The position numbers were made by a program, and so were the translations under genes. A stretch of DNA of 64,000 bases from Longimicrobiales bacterium (GTDB taxonomy: Bacteria; Gemmatimonadota; Gemmatimonadetes; Longimicrobiales; Gaopeijiaceae), in NCBI GenBank assembly GCA_965249725.1, contig CBDFMQ010000001.1:160001-224000 (forward strand). Direction: 5' to 3'. The notes under the pieces were generated by a model. That model made no database searches and was not told the origin of the DNA. It saw nothing but the letters and a program-made list of their open reading frames with translations. Positions 1 to 9,981 of this stretch are shown here, piece after piece. Positions within the stretch are counted from its first letter, which is position 1. The number at the start of each line of letters is the position of its first letter.

Positions 1-1102
1 TTCGGGCCTGGCAGGGCGGGGCGGGGCCGGTTTCCCCACAGGCGTGAAATGGAAGGCCGTGGCGGATGCGGAAGGGTTCCCGAAGACCATCGTCTGCAAT
101 GCCGACGAAGGTGAGCCCGGGTGCTTCAAGGATCGTTGTCTCATGGACTATGATCCGCACGCAACAGTGGAGGGAATGGCCTTGGCGGCCTACGCCACAG
201 GGGCTACGCGAGGCTTCATCTACCTCAGATACGAGTATCCGGAGACCGAGCAAGTGCTCGCTCAGGCGCTGGCCGATGCCGGCGACGCCGGGCTCCTGGG
301 GTCGGGCATTCTGGGCACGGACTTCTCCTTCGATCTCTACCTGAGGCGAGGCGCCGGCGCGTACATCTGTGGTGAAGAGACGTCTTTGCTCAATAGCCTC
401 GAGGGCAAGCACCCGTTCCCGCGGAACCGGCCTCCGTACCCGGTCACCCACGGCTTCGAGGACCTTCCCACCGTGGTCAACAACGTGGAGACGCTGGCCT
501 CGGTTGCGCCTATCGTGAGAAACGGTGCGGACTGGTATCGAGATTTGGGTCGCGGAGAGCAAGCCGGGACCAAGGTGATCAGCCTGTCCGGCGATGTCGC
601 TCGACCGGGCAACTACGAGGTACCGCTGGGCTTTCCCCTCATGGAGCTCATCGACTGGGCGGGTGGCACATCAGGTGATGGCACGATCCAGGCGGTCACG
701 ATGGCCGGGCTCTCCGGTGGCTTCTTGGCCGGAGAGGATCTGGACGTGACCCTCGACGAGCCGAGCATCCGATCGAAGGGGTCCTTCCTCGGAGCGGGGG
801 GAATCATGGTCTTCGACGACACCCGCGACATGATCGAGGTATCCCATCAGGCCATGGAGTTCTTCGCGCACGAGTCGTGCGGCAAGTGCTTCCCGTGTCG
901 TATCGGTACGCAGAGGCTCATGGAACGACTGGCTGGGAAGGAGGGTCCCAAGGAGTTGGAGCCTTGGATCGACGAGGTGGCCGATCTGGGCAAGACGATG
1001 ATGGAGACGAGTGCGTGCGGCTTGGGCATGGCCGCTCCGCTGATAACGAACAGCCTGCTGAAGTACTTTCCCCAGCAGGTGTCCGATCACGTGACGAGGT
1101 AG
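1..1102 (+). CDS. NuoF-like NADH/FMN-binding subunit of a formate dehydrogenase (beta subunit), 5'-partial
   Basis: Frame is open from base 2 (SGLAGRGGAGFPTGVKW). Motifs NADEGEPG, GAGAYICGEETSL and SCGKCFPCRIG...C. Sits directly upstream of FDH alpha. Confidence 0.92.
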   Translation, partial: SGLAGRGGAGFPTGVKWKAVADAEGFPKTIVCNADEGEPGCFKDRCLMDYDPHATVEGMALAAYATGATRGFIYLRYEYPETEQVLAQALADAGDAGLLGSGILGTDFSFDLYLRRGAGAYICGEETSLLNSLEGKHPFPRNRPPYPVTHGFEDLPTVVNNVETLASVAPIVRNGADWYRDLGRGEQAGTKVISLSGDVARPGNYEVPLGFPLMELIDWAGGTSGDGTIQAVTMAGLSGGFLAGEDLDVTLDEPSIRSKGSFLGAGGIMVFDDTRDMIEVSHQAMEFFAHESCGKCFPCRIGTQRLMERLAGKEGPKELEPWIDEVADLGKTMMETSACGLGMAAPLITNSLLKYFPQQVSDHVTR

Positions 1103-1106
1103 CCGC

Positions 1107-3827
1107 ATGAGTGGACCCAACGGAAAGGCTCAGGAAGACCTCACGCTCTTCCTGGACGGCGAGGAAGTCCCGTTCGCCCGTGGAGAGACCATCTACGAGG
1201 TGGCGGAACGCCACCAGCGCGAGATCCCGACGCTCTGTTACGACCCGCGGCTCGATCCGTTCGGCGGATGCCGGATGTGCATCGTCGAGCTGGAGGGCGC
1301 CCGCAACCCGGTGGCCTCCTGCACCACCCAGGCCACATCAGGGATGAAGGTGAAGACGAGTGGGGGACGGCTGCAGATGCACCGTCGCGTTCTGTTGGAG
1401 ATGCTCGCTTCGGAGAACCGGGACGTATCGGTGGATCCGCTTTCCGGGTATGCCAGTCAGGAGATGGGCACCCTCCTGGACCGCTTCGACGCGCGCACGG
1501 ACCGCTTCCAGGGTAAGCAGTCCGGGACCAGCCATGCGGACGATCCCAACCCGTTCATCCTCCGGGACTACGAGAACTGTATCTCGTGCTACCGCTGCGT
1601 CCGCGTGTGTGCGGAGCAGGAGGGGGATTACGCGATCTCGATCATGAACCGGGGCTTCGACACGCAGATCACGACCGAGTTCAACGGCGTGCTCAAGGAT
1701 TCTACCTGCACGTTTTGCGGGCAGTGCGTGCAGACGTGCCCCACAGGTGCGTTGGCCGATCTCAAGGCGCTGGCCAATGTGGATGTGCCTGGCGCCACCG
1801 AGAAGACACGCACCATCTGCACGTACTGCGGGGTCGGGTGCTCGATCGACATCCTGACGCGGGGTGATGAGATCGTCGGTGTGCTGCCGGCCATGGACGG
1901 CCCGGCCAACAACGGCGCGCTGTGCATCAAGGGGCAGTACGCCTACGACTTCGTCGGACACAGGGATCGACTGACGACTCCCTTCGTGCGGGGCGAGGAC
2001 GGCCAGCTCCGGCCTTCGACGTGGGACGAGGCACTCGACCGGGCCGCGGAGGGCCTGGGCAACGTCGTTAAGGAGCACGGGCGACATAGCCTCTACGCGA
2101 TCGCTTCGGGCCGCGCTCCCAACGAAGCCGCCTACGTGATGCAGAAGTTCGTGAGGGCGGGGTTGGGTACCAATTATATCGACAACTGTAGCCGTGCCTG
2201 ACACGCTCCTACCGTCGCCGGTCTGGCGGCAAGCATTGGACGGGGCGCCATGTCGAACCCGCTCGCCGACATGGACAAGCCCGATATGATCTTCTGCATC
2301 GGGACGAACATGACGGAAGCACACCCCGTCGCGGCGACGAGCCTGAAGAAGGCCCTGGCCAAGGGGGCGAAGATGATCGTGGCCGATCCGAGGCGGATCC
2401 GGCTCGCCGAACTGGCGCATCTCTATCTCCCCATCCGGGTGGGCTCTGACACGGCGTTGCTCTTGGGTATGGCCCACGTTATCGCGCGGGACGGCTTGGT
2501 GGACGAGGGCTTCATGCGGGAGCGAACCACCGAAGGCCGAGACTTCCTCGAGCACGTAAAGAGCTTCACGCCGGAGTGGGCCGCGGAGATCTGTGAGGTG
2601 CCCGCCGAGGACATCGAGAAGGCGGCCCTTTGGTACGCAAAGGCCGAGCGCGGGGCCATCTACTACACCCTCGGGATCACGGAGCACATCTGCGGCGTCG
2701 AGAACGTCATGAGTCTCTGTAACCTCGCCCTCATGACGGGGCATATCGGCCGTGAGGGGACGGGCATCAACCCTATGCGGGGCCAGAACAACATCCAGGG
2801 TGCCGGGGACATGGGGGCGCTGCCCAACAACTACCCGGGGTTCCAACCGGTCACGGATCCAGCTAATCAGGAGAAATTCGAAAAGGCCTACGGCACCAAG
2901 GTCGACCTCGAAAAGGGCATCACCAAGGTCACGGCCTTGGAGATGTGTGGAGATCAGATCCGCGCCATGCTCATCGACGGTGAGAACACGGTCGTGACGG
3001 ACCCGGATCGCACGCACTGCGAGCACGCGCTCAAGAGCCTGGATTTCCTCGTGGTCACCGACCTCTTCATGACGGATACGGCCGAGTTGGCGGACGTGGT
3101 CTTCCCGGCGGCAGGCTGGGCCGAGGTGGACGGGACGCAGACCAACACCGAGCGGAGAATCCAGCGACTGCGGGCTGCCGTGCCTCCGCAGGGTGACGCG
3201 ATGCCCGACTGGTGGATCATCTCTCAGCTCGCCAAGCGCATGGGGTTCGAGGGATTCGAGTACGAGGGGCCGCACGACGTGTTCAACGAGCTTTGTGAGC
3301 TGTCGACCACGTACCACGGTGTGAACTGGGACATGGTGGAGGACGGTGAGTACCAGTGGCCGATTCCCTTCGAGGGACATCCCGGCACGTTCCGGCTACA
3401 CGAAGAGGAGTTCGTCAACGGCCGCGGCATCCTCCAGCTGGTCGAGTACCGTGACCCGGCCGAGACCATCGATGACGACTACCCGGTGTGGCTCACGACC
3501 GGCCGCCGGCTGGAGTCCTACCACACTCGTACACAGACGGGGCGCTCGTCCGGAATCGACTATCTGCTTCCGGAGGAGCTCCTCGAGGTCCATCCGAAGG
3601 ACGTGGAGGACTGGGGGCTAGAGGATGGTGGCTGCGCCATCGTCTCCAGCCGGCGTGGGTCGGTGCGGGTGAAGGTGCAGGCCAACAACCGGTCTCCGAA
3701 GGGCACGGTGTTCACCTCGTTCAGCTTCAGCGACGTACCGGTCAACGTGCTCACGGGATCGGGTTACGACCCGGTGACGCAGACCGCCGAGTTGAAGGTC
3801 TGCCCCGTGAAGGTGGTGCCCGAGTAG
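1107..3827 (+). CDS. fdhF: Formate dehydrogenase alpha subunit with NuoG-like N-terminal Fe-S domains; selenocysteine at UGA 2199-2201 (906 aa)
   Basis: ORFs 1107-2201 and 2250-3827 share a frame and are separated only by TGA. Read-through gives DNCSRA-U-HAPTVAGL...GAMSN, matching the FdhF active-site motif. Also CTYCGVGC, RGQNNIQG and a C-terminal molybdopterin-dinucleotide domain. Confidence 0.93.
2202..2234 (+). promoter_or_regulatory. Bacterial SECIS-like hairpin
   Basis: Stem GTCGCC (2214-2219) / GGCGGC (2225-2230) with loop GGTCT, starting 18 nt after the UGA, as in fdhF-type SECIS elements. Confidence 0.8.
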
Positions 3828-3873
3828 CGCAGAGGGTGCGGAGCGTCCACGGCCCGCCGGGCGCCGATACCGG

Positions 3874-4353
3874 CTAACCGCCGCTCGGAGCCCGGCCGTT
3901 CGACTCGTGTGACTGAACGATGGTCCACTCGCCGCCCCGCCGCTGATAAACGAACGTCCAGATCTTACCGTTCGTCCACTGTGCCACGCCGGCGGTGTCG
4001 ACGACCTCTGCGTGGAACACCCCTGTGAATGCCGCTCCGTCCGGACCGAGTACGAGCACATGCGCCGGATCCCAGGTCCCGCCAATGCTCGCTGAACGAG
4101 ACGCAAAGCCCGAAAAGGCGCTGTTGAGGGCGTCCCGGTCGGGGTAGATGCGACCACCGTCCACGTAGACGAGATCACCGGCATCGCTGAAGCGGGCGAC
4201 GAATGCGTCGCCGTCCAGGGTCGACAAGCCCATCACGAAGTCATTGGCCGCGTCCATGATCTCCTGGGCGATCACCGCGCGTTCTTCATCGGTCATCTCC
4301 GGGGCCGCGCAGGCCGCGGTCAGAACCAGCAGTACACAGGTAAGTGAGCGCAT
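3874..4353 (-). CDS. NTF2/SnoaL-like (DUF4440-type) lipoprotein
   Basis: Signal peptide with lipobox TAAC; C-terminal WTFVYQRRGGEWTIVQSHES typical of the NTF2 fold. Confidence 0.75.
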   Translation of the reverse strand: MRSLTCVLLVLTAACAAPEMTDEERAVIAQEIMDAANDFVMGLSTLDGDAFVARFSDAGDLVYVDGGRIYPDRDALNSAFSGFASRSASIGGTWDPAHVLVLGPDGAAFTGVFHAEVVDTAGVAQWTNGKIWTFVYQRRGGEWTIVQSHESNGRAPSGG

Positions 4354-4399
4354 CGTGGCACCTCTCTTCGGGAGTTTCGGCGGTCGAGACTGCTATCTG

Positions 4400-4843
4400 C
4401 TACGGAGCCTGATCCTCGTCCAGGAGCAGGTCCGGTGTCGCTACCCTCTCCGGGTCTGCGGATGCCCGGCCAGCGCTGGCCCGAATTTCATCCACGACTT
4501 CCTTGAGGCGCTTGTAGGCCCCTTCCATCTCCTCTTCGACCTCGCTCGGGCTTCGGATGCCACGCTCTAGGTCCACGGCCAGCCAATTCAAGCGGCGCAC
4601 GACGTCGAGGAGCAGCCTGACGTGGGAGCGTAGGGCCCCGTACTGCCGGTGGCGAACCTGGGTTCTCGGTAGGTCGCTGATCATGTCGGCGATCCCCAAG
4701 GCGTCCGCGGCCCAGATGATGGGAAGCAGGAAGAGCATCCCCAGCACGACCCTGAGCGTGGGATCCGTGAAAACGAAGATGACGACGGCATCCATGACGA
4801 AAGCCGCGATGAGCACAACGCTGTAGAGCAGCTTGGATCGCAT
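4400..4843 (-). CDS. Hypothetical membrane protein (2 TM plus helical tail)
   Basis: Two hydrophobic N-terminal segments followed by a charged helical region. Confidence 0.6.
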   Translation of the reverse strand: MRSKLLYSVVLIAAFVMDAVVIFVFTDPTLRVVLGMLFLLPIIWAADALGIADMISDLPRTQVRHRQYGALRSHVRLLLDVVRRLNWLAVDLERGIRSPSEVEEEMEGAYKRLKEVVDEIRASAGRASADPERVATPDLLLDEDQAP

Positions 4844-5022
4844 GCGGTTCGTGTCAGTCCCGTTTCGGGGGCTGTCGGCGCCGTGGGGTTCCGGTGGTGC
4901 GAGGCAGGTCGGCGAGACTAGTCCACCTTACCCAACCGCAGGCAAAGGCGCCAGGAGGATTTGCGCTGCGGGCCAGACCCTCGCAGGTAGCGGGCCGATC
5001 CTGCGTCTCGAGACCGTTCCCC

Positions 5023-5994
5023 TCAACGGGGGTCCGGGATCTGACCGTCCAGGATGGCGCGCAGCGCGCCCCGGGAGAGATTTCCTCCAGAAACGACGCA
5101 AACCACCTTGCCGCCCCCCGCCGATCCGGCGATCGCGGCGGCCACCGGCGCGGCGCCGGCACCTTCGGCGATAAGGCGGTTCCGGAGAGCGAGCAACCGG
5201 ATCGCCTCGACGACGGCCTCGACGCTCACGACCAGGGAGCCGTTCAAGAGTGTCCGCGCCAATGGCCACATCTCAGCGAGTACTCCCTTGCCTCCGATAC
5301 CGTCGATGAAGGTTGGGATTCGGTCGATCATGGTAGGCGTTCCCTTCTCGAGCGAGGCCTTCAAAGGCGCCGCCGTTTCGACCTCACACGCGAATACTCT
5401 CGTGCCCGGCTTGAGGGCTTTCACGGCCGAGGCGATCCCGCAGCTCAGGCCGCCGCCACCGTAGGGGACGAGCACGGTATCGACGTCGGGAAGATCCTCG
5501 ATGATCTCGATGCCCACAGTGCCGTTTCCGGCGATGACGGCAGGATCGCTCACGGGGTGGATGAAGAGTCCCGGCACTCCGGGGTGGTGATGATTCTCGA
5601 TCACCTGCCACCACTCGTCGAAGGGCAGGGGGATGGCCTCGGCTCCGAGTCGGCGGATCGCCTCCATCTTGGTGTCGGGAGCGTTGTCCGGGACCACGAC
5701 CCGGCAGGGGATGCCCAGACGTCGGGCATTCCATGCGACGCCCTGAGCCATGTTGCCGGCGCTCGCCGTGTAGACCCCCTCGGAGAGGAGGGTGGGGTCG
5801 GCCTGTGCCATGGCGTTCCCCGAGCCCCTCACCTTGAATGATCCGATGGGCTGGAGGTTCTCGAGTTTGAGGTAGATCTCGGCAGGCGCGTCGTCCACGT
5901 TGAGCGGCAGCAGCGGGGTCCGTAGCGCGACGCCCCTGATGCGTTCCCTCGCCTCTCGTATGGCTTCAAGAGGAATGGGCTCGATGGCTCTAAT
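5023..5994 (-). CDS. PLP-dependent threonine/serine dehydratase family protein (start uncertain: ATT at 5994 or GTG at 6045)
   Basis: KLENLQPIGSFKVRG (PLP lysine), SAGN, GGGGL and SGGN motifs of fold-type II dehydratases. Confidence 0.85.
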   Translation of the reverse strand: MRAIEPIPLEAIREARERIRGVALRTPLLPLNVDDAPAEIYLKLENLQPIGSFKVRGSGNAMAQADPTLLSEGVYTASAGNMAQGVAWNARRLGIPCRVVVPDNAPDTKMEAIRRLGAEAIPLPFDEWWQVIENHHHPGVPGLFIHPVSDPAVIAGNGTVGIEIIEDLPDVDTVLVPYGGGGLSCGIASAVKALKPGTRVFACEVETAAPLKASLEKGTPTMIDRIPTFIDGIGGKGVLAEMWPLARTLLNGSLVVSVEAVVEAIRLLALRNRLIAEGAGAAPVAAAIAGSAGGGKVVCVVSGGNLSRGALRAILDGQIPDPR

Positions 5995-7006
5995 GGCGTA
6001 GGCCTCCCAGCGGCACCGACACCCCGATGCCCTCGGCCCGGGCACGCTCCAGCACGTACTGGGCGGACACGAGATCTTCGACCGCGAGACCCAGCGATTT
6101 GAACAACGTGATCTCCTTGTCGCTCTCCCGACCGGTCACTTCACCGAGGAGGATCTCACCGAGTTCCCCGACGATGTGGGTATCGTCGATGGCGCCTTCG
6201 ACCTTGGGAAAGAGAAAGTCGCCGGCCTCGTTCAAGGTCGATTCCCTGCGATCGACGAACAGTCGGGAACTCACCACCGCGTCGGTGTCGAGTTCCCGCG
6301 TGAACTTCACGCTGGAGCCGGCCGCGTTGATGTGGGTGCCCAGGGAGACCCAGTCTCCCTTGAGCACCGGCTCACGCGATGACGTCACCGTGCAGATGAT
6401 GTCCGCGTCTCGTGCGGCCTCTTCGGCCGACGTCACGGCCTCAACCGCGATACCGTGGCGTTCGCTCCCCTGCTCGGCGAAGGCGGCGCGGTTGGCTTCA
6501 GTCGGACTATACACTCGGACCTGCTCGATCGGCCGTGCCTCCAACATGGCCTCGAGGTGGGTCCGAGCCTGGACCCCGGAACCCAAGATGGCGAGCTCGG
6601 TGGAGTCCTCTCTAGCCAAGAGCTCCGTGGCCACTCCACTCGCGGCGGCGGTTCGGATGGCGGTCACCTCGCTCGCATCGAGGATCGCGATGGGCAACCC
6701 GTGCTCCGTGTCGAAGAGCACGACGAGGCCCTGATGAGAATCGTACTCCGTGCCGTGGTTGCCCGGGAAGACCGTTACCACCTTGAGCCCCAACGCCTCC
6801 GGAGATCCGGACATTCCAGGCATCAACCCCAGAATGCCGCGCTCCCCCGGAAGCCGCATCGCCGTCCTCAAAGGGTTCACGCCCTCGCCCCGCCCCAGGG
6901 AGCGGAAGGCCTCGGCCATCAGGTCCATGCACGCCCGCATGGGCAGAAGGTGGCGGACTTCAGGCTGGGTGAGGATCAGCGTGTCGGGGCCGGGCTGCGC
7001 ACTCAC
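5990..7006 (-). CDS. Ornithine cyclodeaminase / mu-crystallin family imine reductase
   Basis: TAIRTAAASGVA, GSGVQA and LFKSLGLAVEDL motifs. Confidence 0.92.
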   Translation of the reverse strand: MSAQPGPDTLILTQPEVRHLLPMRACMDLMAEAFRSLGRGEGVNPLRTAMRLPGERGILGLMPGMSGSPEALGLKVVTVFPGNHGTEYDSHQGLVVLFDTEHGLPIAILDASEVTAIRTAAASGVATELLAREDSTELAILGSGVQARTHLEAMLEARPIEQVRVYSPTEANRAAFAEQGSERHGIAVEAVTSAEEAARDADIICTVTSSREPVLKGDWVSLGTHINAAGSSVKFTRELDTDAVVSSRLFVDRRESTLNEAGDFLFPKVEGAIDDTHIVGELGEILLGEVTGRESDKEITLFKSLGLAVEDLVSAQYVLERARAEGIGVSVPLGGLRH

Positions 7007-7722
7007 CGTCGCACCACTTCCACGATCCGTACCGGCTCCTCGAGGATCTGCCCGCTCGTGTACTCGCTGTCCGAGGCGGCCGGAGCCCGGAGTTGGTCGA
7101 TGGCGCGCACCACATCCATTCCGCGAACGACCTGCCCGAAGGCCGCGAATCCCTGCATGTCCGCGTTCCGGGACTGGCCGTGATCGAGTCCCGGTTGGTC
7201 ACCGATGCAGATGAAGAACTCCGACGTGGCGGTCCCGACTCCCCCACGGGCCATGGAGATCGATCCATCGACGTGCAGGAGCCCAGTGTCTTCGGTGCTC
7301 TCGTGTGCGATGGCAGGGAACGCCCCGCGGCTCTCCTGGTTCGCGCCGCCCTGGATGACTTCGATCTTCGGGTTGCCGTTGTCGTTGTCGTATCGCACTA
7401 CCCGGTAGAAGCCACCGCCGTTGTAGTGCCCGGCATCGAGGTAGGCGAGGAAGTTGGCCACGGTGACCGGCGCCCGATCGGCGTAGAGCTCGAGGTCGAT
7501 GTCGCCCATGGCCGTGCGGATGGTGACAGCCACCGAACCGGAGTCTTGAGCGGCCAACGGGCCGGCACCCACCGTTGCACCCACCGTTGCCGCCGCGACG
7601 GCGACGACGAAGCGCGCCGCCCGCAAGGCTTTCCATGCCCTCGGCCCGATTCGCCCGTTCGACCCGTTGCTACCCGCTGTCGCTCTGATCATGGTCCATC
7701 TCCTGTGTCTCGCGGGGCTCAT
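7003..7722 (-). CDS. Exported cyclophilin-type peptidyl-prolyl isomerase
   Basis: APVTVANF, IQGG, ISMAR, SEFFI and FGQVVRGMDVV motifs; signal-like segment ending LAAQ; 4-nt overlaps with both neighbours. Confidence 0.88.
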   Translation of the reverse strand: MSPARHRRWTMIRATAGSNGSNGRIGPRAWKALRAARFVVAVAAATVGATVGAGPLAAQDSGSVAVTIRTAMGDIDLELYADRAPVTVANFLAYLDAGHYNGGGFYRVVRYDNDNGNPKIEVIQGGANQESRGAFPAIAHESTEDTGLLHVDGSISMARGGVGTATSEFFICIGDQPGLDHGQSRNADMQGFAAFGQVVRGMDVVRAIDQLRAPAASDSEYTSGQILEEPVRIVEVVRR

Positions 7723-8945
7723 GCGTCGTACGCGTCGAGTAGCCCGAGAACGTGATCGATATCGGCTTCCGTATGATCTGCATTGATCTGCGTGCGAATC
7801 TCTTCGTCACCCTTCGGCACCACGGGATAGGCCAGCCCCGTTACGAGGACCCCGTTGTCGTAGAGGTAGTCCACGAGCGCTCGGGTCCGCTGCGTATCGC
7901 GGATCATGAGAGGGACCACGGGATGTTCACCGGGAATCGTCTCGATGCCCAGGCGTCCCAAACCCTCCTCGAAGCGCTTGGTGAGGCCGCGGAGCTTGTC
8001 CAAGAGGGCGAGACCCTCCGGGCTGTCCACGATCTGCAGTGACTTCAGACCCGCCATGGCTTCTCCGACCGTGATCGGGTTGGAGTAGATATAGGTCGGC
8101 GAACTCTCGCGCAGGAAGTTGATGACGGACTCGGGGCCCGTGACGTAGCCTCCGTTCACGCCGAAGGCCTTCCCTAGCGTGCCCACGAGGATGTCCACTT
8201 GTGGAGAGCCCGTGAACTCCTCGACGCCACGTCCGGTCTTGCCGAACGAGCCGACACCGTGCGAGTCGTCGACCAACACCACCGCGTTCTCCTCGAAGGC
8301 GCTGTCGTGGCGGGCGGCGACCTCCATGATCTCGTCGAGCGGCGCGTGATCCCCCCTCATGCTGAAGATCCCGTCGGTGACGATCAGCGCTCTCTTGGCC
8401 TTGCCCGCCCACTCGGAAAGAGCGCGGTCGAGGCCCGTCACTGAGTTGTGGTCGTAGACGACCTTGCCCGCGGGACGCGACAGTCGCATGGCGTTGATGA
8501 TGCAATTGTGGTTCAGGGCATCACTGATGAGGACCGTCTCTGAGGTGACCAGCGACGAGATGGTCGCGACGACGCAGCCGTAGGCGGACGAGAAGATCAT
8601 GGCCGACTCCCGCCCGTGGAAGTCCGCGAGTTTACGCTCGAGCTCCAGGTGTGCCGAGTACGACCCACTGATGAAGCGTACGGCACCGGGGCCCGCCCCG
8701 AACTCGGCGGAGCCGGCTTCCTCGGCACGGATGACTTCCGGGTTGAGCCCCAGCCCCAGGTAGGAATTGGAATTCATGCGGATGAATTCCTTGTCTCCCT
8801 CTCCCTCCAAGAGGAAGCGGGGGCCATGGTCGCCTTCGGCCCTACGGACGCCCGTGACCACGGTCTCCGCCCCCTTGGCGGTCCCGGCTTCAACGAGCCC
8901 GGCGACGTGGGCGTCCAGCACTCCTGTTATGCGATCGAGAGGCAT
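7719..8945 (-). CDS. kbl: 2-amino-3-ketobutyrate CoA ligase (glycine C-acetyltransferase)
   Basis: SNSYLGL, SDALNH, TDGIFSM, DDSHG and GTLGKAFG motifs; adjacent to threonine dehydrogenase. Confidence 0.85.
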   Translation of the reverse strand: MPLDRITGVLDAHVAGLVEAGTAKGAETVVTGVRRAEGDHGPRFLLEGEGDKEFIRMNSNSYLGLGLNPEVIRAEEAGSAEFGAGPGAVRFISGSYSAHLELERKLADFHGRESAMIFSSAYGCVVATISSLVTSETVLISDALNHNCIINAMRLSRPAGKVVYDHNSVTGLDRALSEWAGKAKRALIVTDGIFSMRGDHAPLDEIMEVAARHDSAFEENAVVLVDDSHGVGSFGKTGRGVEEFTGSPQVDILVGTLGKAFGVNGGYVTGPESVINFLRESSPTYIYSNPITVGEAMAGLKSLQIVDSPEGLALLDKLRGLTKRFEEGLGRLGIETIPGEHPVVPLMIRDTQRTRALVDYLYDNGVLVTGLAYPVVPKGDEEIRTQINADHTEADIDHVLGLLDAYDA

Positions 8946-8991
8946 CTTTGCTATCTCCGGGTGTTTGAAGGCAGCCGTCGAGCGGGCAGTC

Positions 8992-9939
8992 CTAAGCCTG
9001 CCTGCTCGAGAGCTCCTTGATCATGTCGGCGGTCATGCTCGCGATGTCGTGTTGAGGTGACCAGCCCCACTCGTCGCGAGCGGCGCTGTCGTCGATCCGA
9101 TGAGGCCAGGAGCGGGCGATCGTCTCCCGGACCGGGTCGACATCATAGTCGATCTCGAAGTCCGGGAGGTGCTTGCGGATCTCCTCCGTGAGCGTCGCGG
9201 GAGCCAGCTGCATGGCTGTGACGTTGAAGGCGTTGCGATGGGCCAGACGGCCGGGGTCCGCCTCCATGATCTCGATGGCGGCGGCGATGGCGTCCGGCAT
9301 GTACATCATGTCGAGCTGCGTATCGGGCCCGAGAAAGCACGTGTACCGGCCCTCTTGGACCGCGTGGTAGAAGATGTCTACGGCCCAATCCGTCGTTCCG
9401 CCGCCCGGTAGCGCACCATGGGAGATCAGGCCCGGATAACGCACTCCTCGCGTGTCCACGCCGTACTTGAGGTGGTAGTAGTCGCAGAGGAGCTCGGCGG
9501 CCACCTTAGTCACACCGTACATGGTCGTGGGCCGCATGATGGTATCCTGCGGTGCGGGATCGCTCGGGGTCGAAGGCCCGAAGACGCCGATGGAGCTGGG
9601 CGTGAAGACCGCACAGCCCTGGTCCCGGGCGACCTCGAGGACCGAGTGGAGCGTGCCCATGTTCACGCGGTAGGCCAGTCTGGGGTCCTTTTCACCCACC
9701 GCAGAGAGGATCGCTGCCAGATGGTAGATCGTGTCCGCACGGTGCCGGATGGTCGCGTGACCCACGGCGTGTTGATCCGTGGCATCGATGACCTCGAATG
9801 GCCCCCCGTGGATGAGTCCGCCTTTTGGGGCCCGGATGTCACTGGCCAGCACCGCCTCTTCGCCGAATCGCTCGCGTAGGGCGGGCACGAGCTCGGAGCC
9901 GATCTGCCCGCCGGCTCCCGTCACCAGGATTCTCTTCAA
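8992..9939 (-). CDS. tdh: SDR/epimerase-type L-threonine 3-dehydrogenase
   Basis: GAGGQIG, YGVTK, PGGGTTDWAVDIF and SWP motifs; upstream of kbl. Confidence 0.85.
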   Translation of the reverse strand: MKRILVTGAGGQIGSELVPALRERFGEEAVLASDIRAPKGGLIHGGPFEVIDATDQHAVGHATIRHRADTIYHLAAILSAVGEKDPRLAYRVNMGTLHSVLEVARDQGCAVFTPSSIGVFGPSTPSDPAPQDTIMRPTTMYGVTKVAAELLCDYYHLKYGVDTRGVRYPGLISHGALPGGGTTDWAVDIFYHAVQEGRYTCFLGPDTQLDMMYMPDAIAAAIEIMEADPGRLAHRNAFNVTAMQLAPATLTEEIRKHLPDFEIDYDVDPVRETIARSWPHRIDDSAARDEWGWSPQHDIASMTADMIKELSSRQA

Positions 9940-9981
9940 GTGGGCTCTCTATCGTCTAGGGTGTGCGTGTGGGTGTTCACC

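Noticed and set aside
2199..2201. FDH alpha as a nonsense pseudogene
   Set aside because: The stop is at the Sec position and has a SECIS-like hairpin.
1338..3380. 680-aa minus-strand ORF and similar long antisense ORFs (e.g. 44959-46917, 58398-60416, 21249-22886)
   Set aside because: They shadow well-supported genes on the opposite strand, have no motifs, and are expected in high-GC DNA.
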